A stretch of 37,867 nucleotides of DNA from IMG/VR virus record IMGVR_UViG_3300045988_120615, one strand, 5' to 3'. Source of the stretch: a virus. Within the stretch, counting starts at the first letter, position 1; the number at the start of each line of letters is the position of its first letter. The notes under the pieces are model-generated. The model searched no databases. It was not told the origin of the DNA and saw nothing but the letters and a program-made list of their open reading frames with translations. Both the position numbers and the translations under genes were made by a program. This document shows positions 30,504 to 37,604 of the stretch, piece after piece.

Positions 30504-30899
30504 ATGAGTAAACCATATTGCCGCTACTGCAAGAATGACATACATCTGTACTACATCGGGGACGCCGAATATCCATATCAGAAGGACTACGGCCCTGTCT
30601 GGAAATGTGTCCCGTGTGACGCTTATGTTGGGTGCCACAAGGGCACCGAACGCCCTCTTGGCCTAGTAGCGGATGCAGCAACCCGCGCTGCAAAAATCAA
30701 GGCTCATGCCGCTTTCGATCCTCTATGGATGCGGAAAATGCGAAAAGAAGGGATATCGAAATCGGTCGCTCGTGGTGCTGGATACCGCTGGCTTGCTGAT
30801 CAACTAGGCATCCCAAAAGAAAAATGTCATATCGGTATGTTCAGCGTCGATACCTGTCTGCGAGTTATAGAAATTTGCGAAAACGTTGGGAGGAGATAG
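30504..30899 (+). CDS. Zinc-ribbon prophage protein (DUF3268-like)
   Basis: CRYC...CVPCDAYVGCH...PLGLVADAATRAAKIKAHAAFDPLWM...YRWLADQLGIP. Alternatively a TTG start at 30486. Confidence 0.4.
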   Translation: MSKPYCRYCKNDIHLYYIGDAEYPYQKDYGPVWKCVPCDAYVGCHKGTERPLGLVADAATRAAKIKAHAAFDPLWMRKMRKEGISKSVARGAGYRWLADQLGIPKEKCHIGMFSVDTCLRVIEICENVGRR

Positions 30900-31229
30900 A
30901 GAAATGAAAGCAGTAATAACCATTGAAGACGATGGGGATGAGGTAAAGATAAATGCCTATTTCGGAGAAAACGGCATTAACGATGAATCGTATGCGCACT
31001 ATTTGGCATGTTTTGCCGTAGGAAAAATCGCTGAAAAAATGAAATCAGAAGACGCTTGACAGACAGGTGAACTATGAGTGAATTGGAAAAGATTTCGGCT
31101 GTAAAGGAAAAAAGTCAGGCAATCGGAGAATTTCTGGAGTGGGCACGATCGGAAGGATTTTTTCTCGCAAGCTGGCAGCATTTCGGAAATCCGGAGCCTG
31201 AAGGTTACGACAGACTTCTCGGGTGAACG

Positions 31230-31649
31230 ATGAAAGAAATAGTTGATCGGATTCTGGCCGGTAGTGTTGTGGATATTGCCAAAGACGGTGGGGATTATTA
31301 CTTAAATGTTTTAAAGGATGGCAATAAATATAAAATCGGCTTTATGAGTTCGTTGCATAACAAGGAATATGGCTCGCGTTTAACCGTTGAAATGATTAAA
31401 GAGGCCGTAGAACGTTTGATTGCGTTGTCGGATGAATTGAATGCTCGGAAGAAGTTTAAAAATGGAGACAAGTATTTTACTGTAAGGCCCAACGGAAAAA
31501 TAATTGATTGGTATTTCGATTCTTCTGAATCAGGGGACATGGCACGTCTGTATATGGGCAATCTGTTCACGACACTTAAAGAAGCCGAAGAAAATAAAGG
31601 CGCTGTTATGGCGAAGTATCAGGAGTTGAGAGACAAGGGATTAGTATGA
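31230..31649 (+). CDS. Hypothetical protein (AT-rich cargo island)
   Basis: 139-aa ORF, the first of four overlapping genes in a low-GC block. Confidence 0.4.
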   Translation: MKEIVDRILAGSVVDIAKDGGDYYLNVLKDGNKYKIGFMSSLHNKEYGSRLTVEMIKEAVERLIALSDELNARKKFKNGDKYFTVRPNGKIIDWYFDSSESGDMARLYMGNLFTTLKEAEENKGAVMAKYQELRDKGLV

Positions 31650-31834
31650 GCTATATGAAACGAATCATACTAATTTTACTGGGGTTATACATATTATTTT
31701 GTCCTTTTATCCCGGTGTTTTTTGATGAATCCATGAGAGAAGAATTAAAGGCGGCAGTCTTTTTATCTTTAATAATGGCACTCAGTTTCATGCCGATTGT
31801 TTATGTTTTTTGGGATTTAATAGATGACGACTGA
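31646..31834 (+). CDS. Small two-helix membrane protein (cargo island)
   Basis: 62 aa: MSYMKRIILILLGLYILFCPFIPVFF...AAVFLSLIMALSFMPIVYVFW. Confidence 0.35.
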   Translation: MSYMKRIILILLGLYILFCPFIPVFFDESMREELKAAVFLSLIMALSFMPIVYVFWDLIDDD

Positions 31835-32150
31835 AAGAAAACCACATAAATGGGCCGAAATCATCAAGGCTTGGGCTGATGGAAAACCGATACAGTATAA
31901 GTATTTGGACTGGAAAGACAGCGAGTGGAAAGATAATGATATGCCTCTCCCAAGATTCGATATAGGCGATCTTGAATGGCGCGTCAAGCCGAAAAATATA
32001 GTCGTCAAAACAAAGCTTGGATATGAAATAGATAGTTTTACCGGTTGGGGAAAGCTTTTTCATGATACAGGAGTTAAGCCGAATATCCGTTTTGAGTTTG
32101 ACCCGGAAACCCTCAAACTTGTTAAAGCGGAGATGATCGGAAATGAGTAA
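31824..32150 (+). CDS. Hypothetical protein (cargo island)
   Basis: 108-aa ORF overlapping its neighbours. Confidence 0.35.
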   Translation: MTTERKPHKWAEIIKAWADGKPIQYKYLDWKDSEWKDNDMPLPRFDIGDLEWRVKPKNIVVKTKLGYEIDSFTGWGKLFHDTGVKPNIRFEFDPETLKLVKAEMIGNE

Positions 32151-32340
32151 AGGGCTTACCGTATTTATTAAGACAGGCATGCGCGGAAGTGAAGTCAAAG
32201 AATTTTATTCTTGGGATAAATTAGGAATTACAGAACAGGAATTTGACGATATGCCAAAAGAAATACAAGAAAAATTTGCGTGGGAGATCGCCAGTGAAAA
32301 CATTGAATGGGGTTTTTACAAGGGGAAAGAAAATGACTAA
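32143..32340 (+). CDS. Hypothetical small protein (cargo island)
   Basis: 65-aa ORF. Its stop overlaps the Lar-like start. Confidence 0.3.
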   Translation: MSKGLTVFIKTGMRGSEVKEFYSWDKLGITEQEFDDMPKEIQEKFAWEIASENIEWGFYKGKEND

Positions 32341-32767
32341 AACGCCTGAATTGCTGCCGTGCCCTTTCTGTGGAGGCCCGGCGGATTTTCAAGAAAATGA
32401 ATGCATTGGATACGCATATTGTATTCAATGCTTAGCTAAAACAGATGAATTTTATTCTTGGAGAAATAATAACTGGAAAGAAGATGCAGCACGGGATTGG
32501 AACTCCCGCACTCAATGTCCAGAATGTGAAAAAAAGAAAAAGGCGATTGAGCACATTTCGTTTCACCTTGAAATGGTTTTATGCGCGATGCAAGCAGCTT
32601 ACGTCGAAATGTGTAACACAGGTGCAGATAACGCAATGCGTTGGATTGAAAACACTCTCGACGGCCCGGGATTGATTCCCGACGTACCAAAAGGAATAAC
32701 CGCACAAGAATTTTTTGATAAAGAAATGGCGGAACTTGAATCGAGGATGAGGAATGAAACCAACTGA
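32333..32767 (+). CDS. Lar-family restriction-alleviation protein
   Basis: The start is at the internal ATG at 32333. ELLPCPFCGGPADF is the Lar hallmark, followed by further Cys pairs (CIQC, CPEC). Confidence 0.5.
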   Translation: MTKTPELLPCPFCGGPADFQENECIGYAYCIQCLAKTDEFYSWRNNNWKEDAARDWNSRTQCPECEKKKKAIEHISFHLEMVLCAMQAAYVEMCNTGADNAMRWIENTLDGPGLIPDVPKGITAQEFFDKEMAELESRMRNETN

Positions 32768-32945
32768 TTTTTTACCAAAAACATACGAAGAGATAGAAGA
32801 TTTTGTTGGTCTAAATTTTATATACCGGGAAGAGAAAGATGGAGAAATATTTTTCAAACTGTCAGCACATGATCTTTTGTCCTCATTTAGGGACTTGAAG
32901 GATGCGATTGGAGAGAAAAATGATAATGGTGTACGTGCAATATAA
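32754..32945 (+). CDS. Hypothetical small protein
   Basis: 63-aa ORF at the end of the AT-rich island. Confidence 0.3.
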   Translation: MKPTDFLPKTYEEIEDFVGLNFIYREEKDGEIFFKLSAHDLLSSFRDLKDAIGEKNDNGVRAI

Positions 32946-33299
32946 GGACAGACCAGATGTCTGCGGGACGGCTTTCGGTGGTGTTATGGACGAATTTCTG
33001 AATCAGGATGAACTGGCCTTTTTAACCGGAAGGACAAAAAAATCCGCACAAATTCGGTGGCTGACGAACTGGGGATACCGTTCCAGCGTTTTCAGTTTCG
33101 CGATTTACGCGCCAAAGCGGCAACAGACATAAGGGACATTTACGGCATCGTCGAAGCATCTAACCTGCTGGGACACACCAACACCAGAACGACGGAAATC
33201 TACATACGACAGCAAAAAGGCAAGACGGTAAGACCGGTTATGGCGAAACAGGTGTTTCGCCATGAAGACGCAAAGAAAGTCGGGAATGATGATAAGTAA
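32902..33299 (+). pseudogene. int: Remnant of a lambda-type tyrosine integrase (C-terminal ~130 codons only, frameshifted)
   Basis: The second frame (33057-33299) reads ADELGIPFQRFQFRDLRAKAATDIRDIYGIVEASNLLGHTNTRTTEIYIRQQ. This matches the lambda Int C-terminus (TFHELRSLSARLY...LLGHKSDTMASQYRDD), including the catalytic Tyr. The upstream part is in another frame; the A7 run at 33035-33041 is the likely shift site. The N-terminal two-thirds, carrying the catalytic Arg/Lys, is absent. Confidence 0.55.
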
Positions 33300-33309
33300 T
33301 TGATTTAAT

Positions 33310-33359
33310 TGGCCTGCCCTAGTGGATTCGAACCACTGACCTACGGCTTAGAAGGCCGT
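33310..33359 (-). tRNA. 3-prime ~50-nt fragment of a tRNA-Arg(UCU) gene: anticodon stem-loop, variable loop, T arm, acceptor 3-prime strand and CCA. Putative attP core.
   Basis: The minus strand reads acggc-cttctaa-gccgt-aggtc-agtgg-ttcgaat-ccact-agggcag-g-cca. The anticodon is TCT with U33 and A37, and the T-loop is canonical TTCGAAT. No matching 5-prime acceptor strand or D arm lies upstream, so this is a fragment, as expected for an att core in a tRNA-targeting phage. Confidence 0.5.
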
Positions 33360-33395
33360 TTACAAATTATTTAAAATCAATAGGTTAGTTAAATT

Positions 33396-33473
33396 TTCGT
33401 TTCGCCATGCACAAAAAATAATCAGCTCAAACACCTGATAAATACTAGCTATTATTTTTTATGGCGAAACACT
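33396..33473. repeat. 10-bp inverted repeat GTTTCGCCAT / ATGGCGAAAC flanking an AT-rich spacer next to the att core (candidate recombinase arm / IHF-type sites)
   Basis: ttcgtttcgccat at about 33396-33408 and atggcgaaacac at about 33462-33473. Confidence 0.3.
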
Positions 33474-33509
33474 TTTGATCTGAAAAAATAAGCCTTCAAG
33501 CCGGTTTTT

Positions 33510-33968
33510 TCATTGCAGCGCCTTGTACTGATCAATACACAGATTCAGCTCCCGGATTGCTGCGTCTCCGTCGGCTGCGATAGAGATAAGATCGTAAGCA
33601 GTCTTTCCGTCAAGTTCGGCTCGCGTTTCTCCAGCGTCATTGGTGGTATTTCCGGGCACTGTACAGCCACGGGCGGGGACTGACAGGCGCACAGTGCCAG
33701 CACGTATGCGACCGCGCAGCCGGTTGATTTCAGTTTGTGCATTCTTTTTTTCCTTTTCGTGTTTTCTGGCCAGCGCGTCGTGTTCCGCCTGCATGGCCTG
33801 TTCTTTCTTGCGGGCATCCTGTTCGGCTTTCAGGACGGCTTCGGCGTGGTCTTTTTCCAGTTTGGCGATCCGGTTTCCGCTCCACCAGCCGTTGATCGTC
33901 CAGCCCAAAAAAATGCCGGTCACAAGACCGGCAAGCAGGATGATCGATTTCGTTTTCAGGTTTTCCAT
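33510..33968 (-). CDS. Rz-like inner-membrane spanin (i-spanin)
   Basis: 152 aa with an N-terminal TMD (SIILLAGLVTGIFLGWTI), a central coiled coil, and the C-terminus RLSVPARGCTVPGNTTNDAGETRAELDGKTAYDLISIAADGDAAIRELNLCIDQYKAL. This is colinear with lambda Rz (RRLHIKAVCQSVREATTASGVDNAASPRLADTAERDYFTLRERL...QKYINEQCR). Confidence 0.6.
   Translation of the reverse strand: MENLKTKSIILLAGLVTGIFLGWTINGWWSGNRIAKLEKDHAEAVLKAEQDARKKEQAMQAEHDALARKHEKEKKNAQTEINRLRGRIRAGTVRLSVPARGCTVPGNTTNDAGETRAELDGKTAYDLISIAADGDAAIRELNLCIDQYKALQ
33545..33742 (-). CDS. Rz1-like outer-membrane lipoprotein spanin (o-spanin), embedded in the +1 frame of Rz
   Basis: MHKLKSTGCAVAYVLALCACQSPPVAVQCPEIPP. It has a signal/lipobox-like LALCAC followed by a Pro-rich segment, as in lambda Rz1. 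Confidence 0.4.
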   Translation of the reverse strand: MHKLKSTGCAVAYVLALCACQSPPVAVQCPEIPPMTLEKREPNLTERLLTILSLSQPTETQQSGS

Positions 33969-34140
33969 TTTTTCAGTTATTCGGTTTTTCCTTATAGCTG
34001 GACAGGTTCTTTAAAGCATTTTCGTTCTCTAAATTCTTCCTGCTTTCCCTCGTTCCAGTTCTGCACCGGTCGGTGGTACCCCATCACCCGCGTCCAGACT
34101 TCGCATGGCGTCCGTTTTTCCCGTGGCAATTCTTCTCTTG

Positions 34141-34389
34141 TCATTTCGCTTCTCCCGTGAAATGCTTGTTTTTACGTATTCTGCTGATCTTCCATCCGCC
34201 CTCAAACCCGACACAATCGGCGATGAAATCCCATACATCAGAGGCTATTTCGATGAGACAGTCAGGTACAAATTCGCGGGCCATTATGTCCGCTCCGTCC
34301 ATTCCGTCAAAATTGATGTACGCCGGCACGCAACCACAGAAAAGCCCTGTGTACTCGTATTGCGTTCTCAATTCTTTTATCTTGCTCAT
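34141..34389 (-). CDS. Hypothetical small protein between the HNH and Rz genes (uncertain)
   Basis: 82 aa from the internal ATG (MSKIKELRTQYEYTGLFCGCVPAYINFDGMDGADIMAREF...). No recognisable motif. Confidence 0.2.
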   Translation of the reverse strand: MSKIKELRTQYEYTGLFCGCVPAYINFDGMDGADIMAREFVPDCLIEIASDVWDFIADCVGFEGGWKISRIRKNKHFTGEAK

Positions 34390-34500
34390 TTCATCCCAAT
34401 ACACATTTTGTATTCCGCTTCCCGCCGATTGACCAGCCCAGGCAAGACCTTGCCGCCCGCACGGTTCCAGCGCCTGATTTCCGCGCACGCGCCGGCTTGT

Positions 34501-35184
34501 TTAATTTGTTGGTAATTTTCCGGAACATATTGACCTTCGCAAATGAGCTGCTTTTATTTTTAGCTTTGTTTCTTCACTCATTGGACCGCGCTTTTTTCCT
34601 TTTTGAGATTCCCAATATTTTTTGTATCTTGCGCGTTTCTCGTCTGTCATTGGCCCATAATTCGGGTTCTTTTCACCACGAATTTTTGAATATATTTTGT
34701 TCTTTTTAACTGGGTCTGATAAAAGCTTTCTCCGTGCCTCAATAGATGCCTGTATCTGTTCTCTGCTAGGCTTCCATCCACTCGCTTTTCTTGTAGCCGC
34801 TATTTTTTCCCTTACCTCTTTTGGCATTTCTCGATTTTTCCATGCCGCTCTGCCTTTCTCCGCCATATCGCGCATGTTGTCAGCGTTCGTTCCGACAAAT
34901 AGATGTTTAGGGTTTACGCATGACGGGTTGTCGCAACGATGACAAACAAAAATCCCTTCATGTATTTCTCCGAAAAATGCCTCATATGATATTCTGTGCG
35001 CTAATAATATTTTGTTACAGATATTCAACACACCATATCCTGCTTTTGTTTTACCGCCATTCCACTCCCAACATTCGTTTTCTCCTTTGACATGTGTTCT
35101 TCTTAAAATGCGACATTTTAGAGAACAATATTTCATTCTGTACGGACCTTCAAAATTCGTCCCACAATATCTGCATACTGGCAT
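34501..35184 (-). CDS. HNH homing endonuclease with NUMOD3-like C-terminal repeats
   Basis: 227 aa: CWEWNGGKTKAGYGV...LAHRISYEAFFGEIHEGIFVCHRCDNPSCVNPKHLFVGTNADN, followed by repeated ...E(V/T)R(E/K)KI(A/K)A... modules. The gene is markedly AT-rich relative to its flanks. Confidence 0.7.
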   Translation of the reverse strand: MPVCRYCGTNFEGPYRMKYCSLKCRILRRTHVKGENECWEWNGGKTKAGYGVLNICNKILLAHRISYEAFFGEIHEGIFVCHRCDNPSCVNPKHLFVGTNADNMRDMAEKGRAAWKNREMPKEVREKIAATRKASGWKPSREQIQASIEARRKLLSDPVKKNKIYSKIRGEKNPNYGPMTDEKRARYKKYWESQKGKKRGPMSEETKLKIKAAHLRRSICSGKLPTN

Positions 35185-35228
35185 AAAATCACATATGTTT
35201 TATAACTGACTAACGCGACAATATTACA

Positions 35229-35693
35229 TTATTTTTTTATTCCGAGACACGTTTCTTTTTCTTTTTGACGTCTTTTTACAATTCCAGGAAGTTTTTTGCC
35301 GCCAGCATATACCCATTTATCAAGCTCGTTACACGCCCCTGTGTAATCGCCTTTGTTGAGCTTTTTGATTAGTGTTGACCTGCAAAAAGCACCAGCACCT
35401 ATCTGATAGGATAGGCTGACGTAGGCATCGAACTCATGTTGATACAGCGGCACTTTGATACAGCTTCGGATAGCGTCCGCATGCTTCTCGGTGCTTGTCA
35501 GCAACTGCACAAGCGCCCGTTCCGGTGTGGTCTTGTCGCCCATCTTCACACCTGCTGTTTCGCCGTAGCCGATGGTAGTAACGCCTACCGCATCCTTGTA
35601 CGCTTCGCCGCGATAACCTTCATGCGTGGCGATACCCACAAGCGCGGCTGCCGACACAGCCAGCGCCGCCACAGTAATGCGCGTCTTATTCAT
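35229..35693 (-). CDS. SAR endolysin (GH24 T4-type lysozyme with an N-terminal signal-anchor-release domain)
   Basis: The N-terminus MNKTRITVAALAVSAAALVGIATHEG is a weakly hydrophobic Ala/Gly/Ser-rich SAR helix. It is followed by the catalytic E-x8-D-x5-T triad (HEGYRGEAYKDAVGVTTIGYGET). Confidence 0.75.
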   Translation of the reverse strand: MNKTRITVAALAVSAAALVGIATHEGYRGEAYKDAVGVTTIGYGETAGVKMGDKTTPERALVQLLTSTEKHADAIRSCIKVPLYQHEFDAYVSLSYQIGAGAFCRSTLIKKLNKGDYTGACNELDKWVYAGGKKLPGIVKRRQKEKETCLGIKK

Positions 35694-35958
35694 TTATACC
35701 CCCGTGCTGCGAATAGGCGTAGCATTTCAGCTCGTACAGCTCTTTTTGGAGCGCGTCGAACTTGTTGTGCAAGTCGTCGTGACGTTCATCATTTGTACGG
35801 ATCCGTTCTTCAAGCCGATCTTTCATCCGATCGATGCATCCGCGCAATCCGTCAATCAATTTGTATAGCCGCCGAAAGAAAAACCAGAACATTGTCGCAA
35901 CACAGACAACAAGCCCGGAAATGATGCTGATAAGAAGCTCTGGCGTTATGTAATTCAT
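35686..35958 (-). CDS. Holin candidate (single TMD plus C-terminal coiled coil), translationally coupled to the SAR endolysin
   Basis: 90 aa from the ATG at 35958 with a strong GGAAGGAAAGAGG RBS. It contains the TMD ELLISIISGLVVCVATMFWFFF and a charged helical C-terminus. Its stop overlaps the endolysin ATG (ATGAATAA). Confidence 0.4.
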   Translation of the reverse strand: MNYITPELLISIISGLVVCVATMFWFFFRRLYKLIDGLRGCIDRMKDRLEERIRTNDERHDDLHNKFDALQKELYELKCYAYSQHGGINE

Positions 35959-36539
35959 CCTCTTTCCTTCCACGGGTTGATGCTGCACACAAACATCGCC
36001 GTATAGTCAGGTATGACAAATGCCGGATTCTCGGCATGCTGAATGCGGTACTTGCACGCACTCTGCAATTTCCAGCCAAGATAAACGCGCAGACACCGCC
36101 CGGAAAACGTTGGCCAGATCACGTAAAGCATCCATCGCGCCTTGATCGGATTGCGGGACGTGGTCGCAAACCAAATGCCCGGATGAAACGGATCGTTGTC
36201 CGTCTCGCTGTCTCCGCATTGCAATAGCTCATCGTCCGAACCGATGAACGTGCTAAATACCGTCCATCGCCATCCGTATGCTTTGTTCCGCCATAGCCAT
36301 GCGACACGCTGAATGTACATGCCGATTTTCGGATGCGCGGCAACAAACCCCGCCCACCGATCGAAATGTCCGCTGTCCCCCTCAATAGGATTGTCAGGCG
36401 TGAGCCAGAGACGCAGCGGGTTTTTGTCGGACAATGTGACATCGCCCTGTCCATCGGCGAACAGGGCGATTATCGGTGCGAGTGGAAAAGCGAGAAGACA
36501 GACGATTGTAGTGAGTGGCAGGTATAGCAGCCAGATCAT
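35955..36539 (-). CDS. Membrane-anchored hypothetical protein between tfa and the lysis genes (moron position)
   Basis: 194 aa with an N-terminal signal/anchor (MIWLLYLPLTTIVCLLAFPLAPIIALFA) and a Trp-rich body. It has ATGA overlaps with both neighbours. Confidence 0.4.
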   Translation of the reverse strand: MIWLLYLPLTTIVCLLAFPLAPIIALFADGQGDVTLSDKNPLRLWLTPDNPIEGDSGHFDRWAGFVAAHPKIGMYIQRVAWLWRNKAYGWRWTVFSTFIGSDDELLQCGDSETDNDPFHPGIWFATTSRNPIKARWMLYVIWPTFSGRCLRVYLGWKLQSACKYRIQHAENPAFVIPDYTAMFVCSINPWKERG

Positions 36540-37273
36540 ACCGCTGCGTCCTCGTATGGTTTAACCCACAGTTCGGACTGTTTCTGACCGGCCAGCGCAC
36601 AGGCTCTTGCAAGCTGCTCATAGCTGACGCTTGCGATTGTGTTATCTGCCAGCACCCAGTCGGTCTTTTCGCTCATCTGAATGCCGGACAGCTGTGCAGA
36701 CAGCACTTTTCTTGCCATGCGGTCTTGTGCCTTTTCGTCTCCATCAAATACCATACCGTCCACTTCGACGGTGATGCGGGAGACAGCTTCGGCGCGATCC
36801 GTCTTGGCTTCCGACATGGCGACTTCCGCGGCTTTGTCATCGTCCAGCACCCATTGCCCGGAGACGGCCTTGTATGCCGGGCCGGGTTGTTTGCCGGTCA
36901 TTTCGATCAGTCCTTCCTGGGGCCAGTAGCCGAAATTCCCGTCCCGATCGAACGTCTTTCTGACTTTGGTGGCATCGAATGATCCCTCAAGTGCGTAGGT
37001 TTTGGGTGGGTATTTTGTGTCGATTTCCGACTGTTCCATGCGTTGGAATTCGTTGTCGTCGGCATTGATTTTGTAGCCTTCCGGCAGATCGATGATTCCT
37101 TCCGATACCTGTTGAGACAGGGGTTTCAGGCCGGTCAGATCGTCTTTCAATGCCGCGAAAGGTAGTCCGACATACCCCGGAAATCCGCTCGGGACTTCGA
37201 TGGCGTTTTCCGGTTTTTTGGCAGAGCAACTGTGTTTTGTGATTACTCCATTATCGATGATGATGTATTCCAT
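36536..37273 (-). CDS. Tail fibre assembly protein (Tfa/gpG/U-like chaperone), located outside the invertible segment
   Basis: 245 aa. The C-terminal ...EKTDWVLADNTIASVSYEQLARACALAGQKQSELWVKPYEDA matches the Tfa C-terminal consensus. It has an AGAGGA RBS and lies 25 nt downstream of IR-L. Confidence 0.6.
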   Translation of the reverse strand: MEYIIIDNGVITKHSCSAKKPENAIEVPSGFPGYVGLPFAALKDDLTGLKPLSQQVSEGIIDLPEGYKINADDNEFQRMEQSEIDTKYPPKTYALEGSFDATKVRKTFDRDGNFGYWPQEGLIEMTGKQPGPAYKAVSGQWVLDDDKAAEVAMSEAKTDRAEAVSRITVEVDGMVFDGDEKAQDRMARKVLSAQLSGIQMSEKTDWVLADNTIASVSYEQLARACALAGQKQSELWVKPYEDAAV

Positions 37274-37298
37274 GTTTTTTCCTCTTTGTGGGGAGTGG

Positions 37299-37370
37299 CT
37301 GTTTTTCCGTGCTGAAGGTGGTAATGCTGCCGCGTTCGGCTCGACGCAGACAGACGGGGCACCGAATATT
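37299..37370. repeat. Left inverted repeat (IR-L, 72 bp) of the tail-fibre tip segment
   Basis: It is the reverse complement of 37796-37867 with one mismatch (37805 C versus T). In both orientations it encodes the junction peptide LFFRAEGGNAAAFGSTQTDGAPNI. Confidence 0.85.
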
Positions 37371-37604
37371 TATGGTAGTGTTTCTTTCGGTGTATATAAC
37401 GATTCCGCGGGGGCTGCACCTCATAACCCAATTGGTGCTTTCGGTATCGGGGCGGCAGAACTTACATGGCTGAGTCAAGGCGAAAATCAAAGATCAGCGC
37501 CAACGTATTTCGATTTTTATGCCAGCAGAGTTGACAGTAGATACAACTTACCCGAAGTGAGGACGGTTAACAGTACTATCCGTGTCTGGAAAAGGACAGC
37601 CTAA
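37371..37604 (+). other. Silent alternative tail-fibre C-terminal tip cassette (Sv-prime-like). It has no promoter, RBS or start of its own and would be expressed only after inversion or conversion.
   Basis: The + frame continuing from IR-L reads ...GAPNI-YGSVSFGVYNDSAGAAPHNPIGAFGIGAAELTWLSQGENQRSAPTYFDFYASRVDSRYNLPEVRTVNSTIRVWKRTA-stop (TAA at 37602-37604). It is homologous to, but diverged from, the expressed tip. The upstream part of track ORF 37200-37604 is antisense to the tfa start and is not a real N-terminus. Confidence 0.6.

Noticed and set aside
37200-37604. Track ORF 37200-37604 (+) taken as an independent 134-aa gene
   Set aside because: Its first ~30 codons are the antisense of the tfa start/RBS. 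The next 24 codons are the inverted repeat, and there is no RBS. It is better explained as a promoterless alternative tip cassette that only becomes coding after inversion or conversion.
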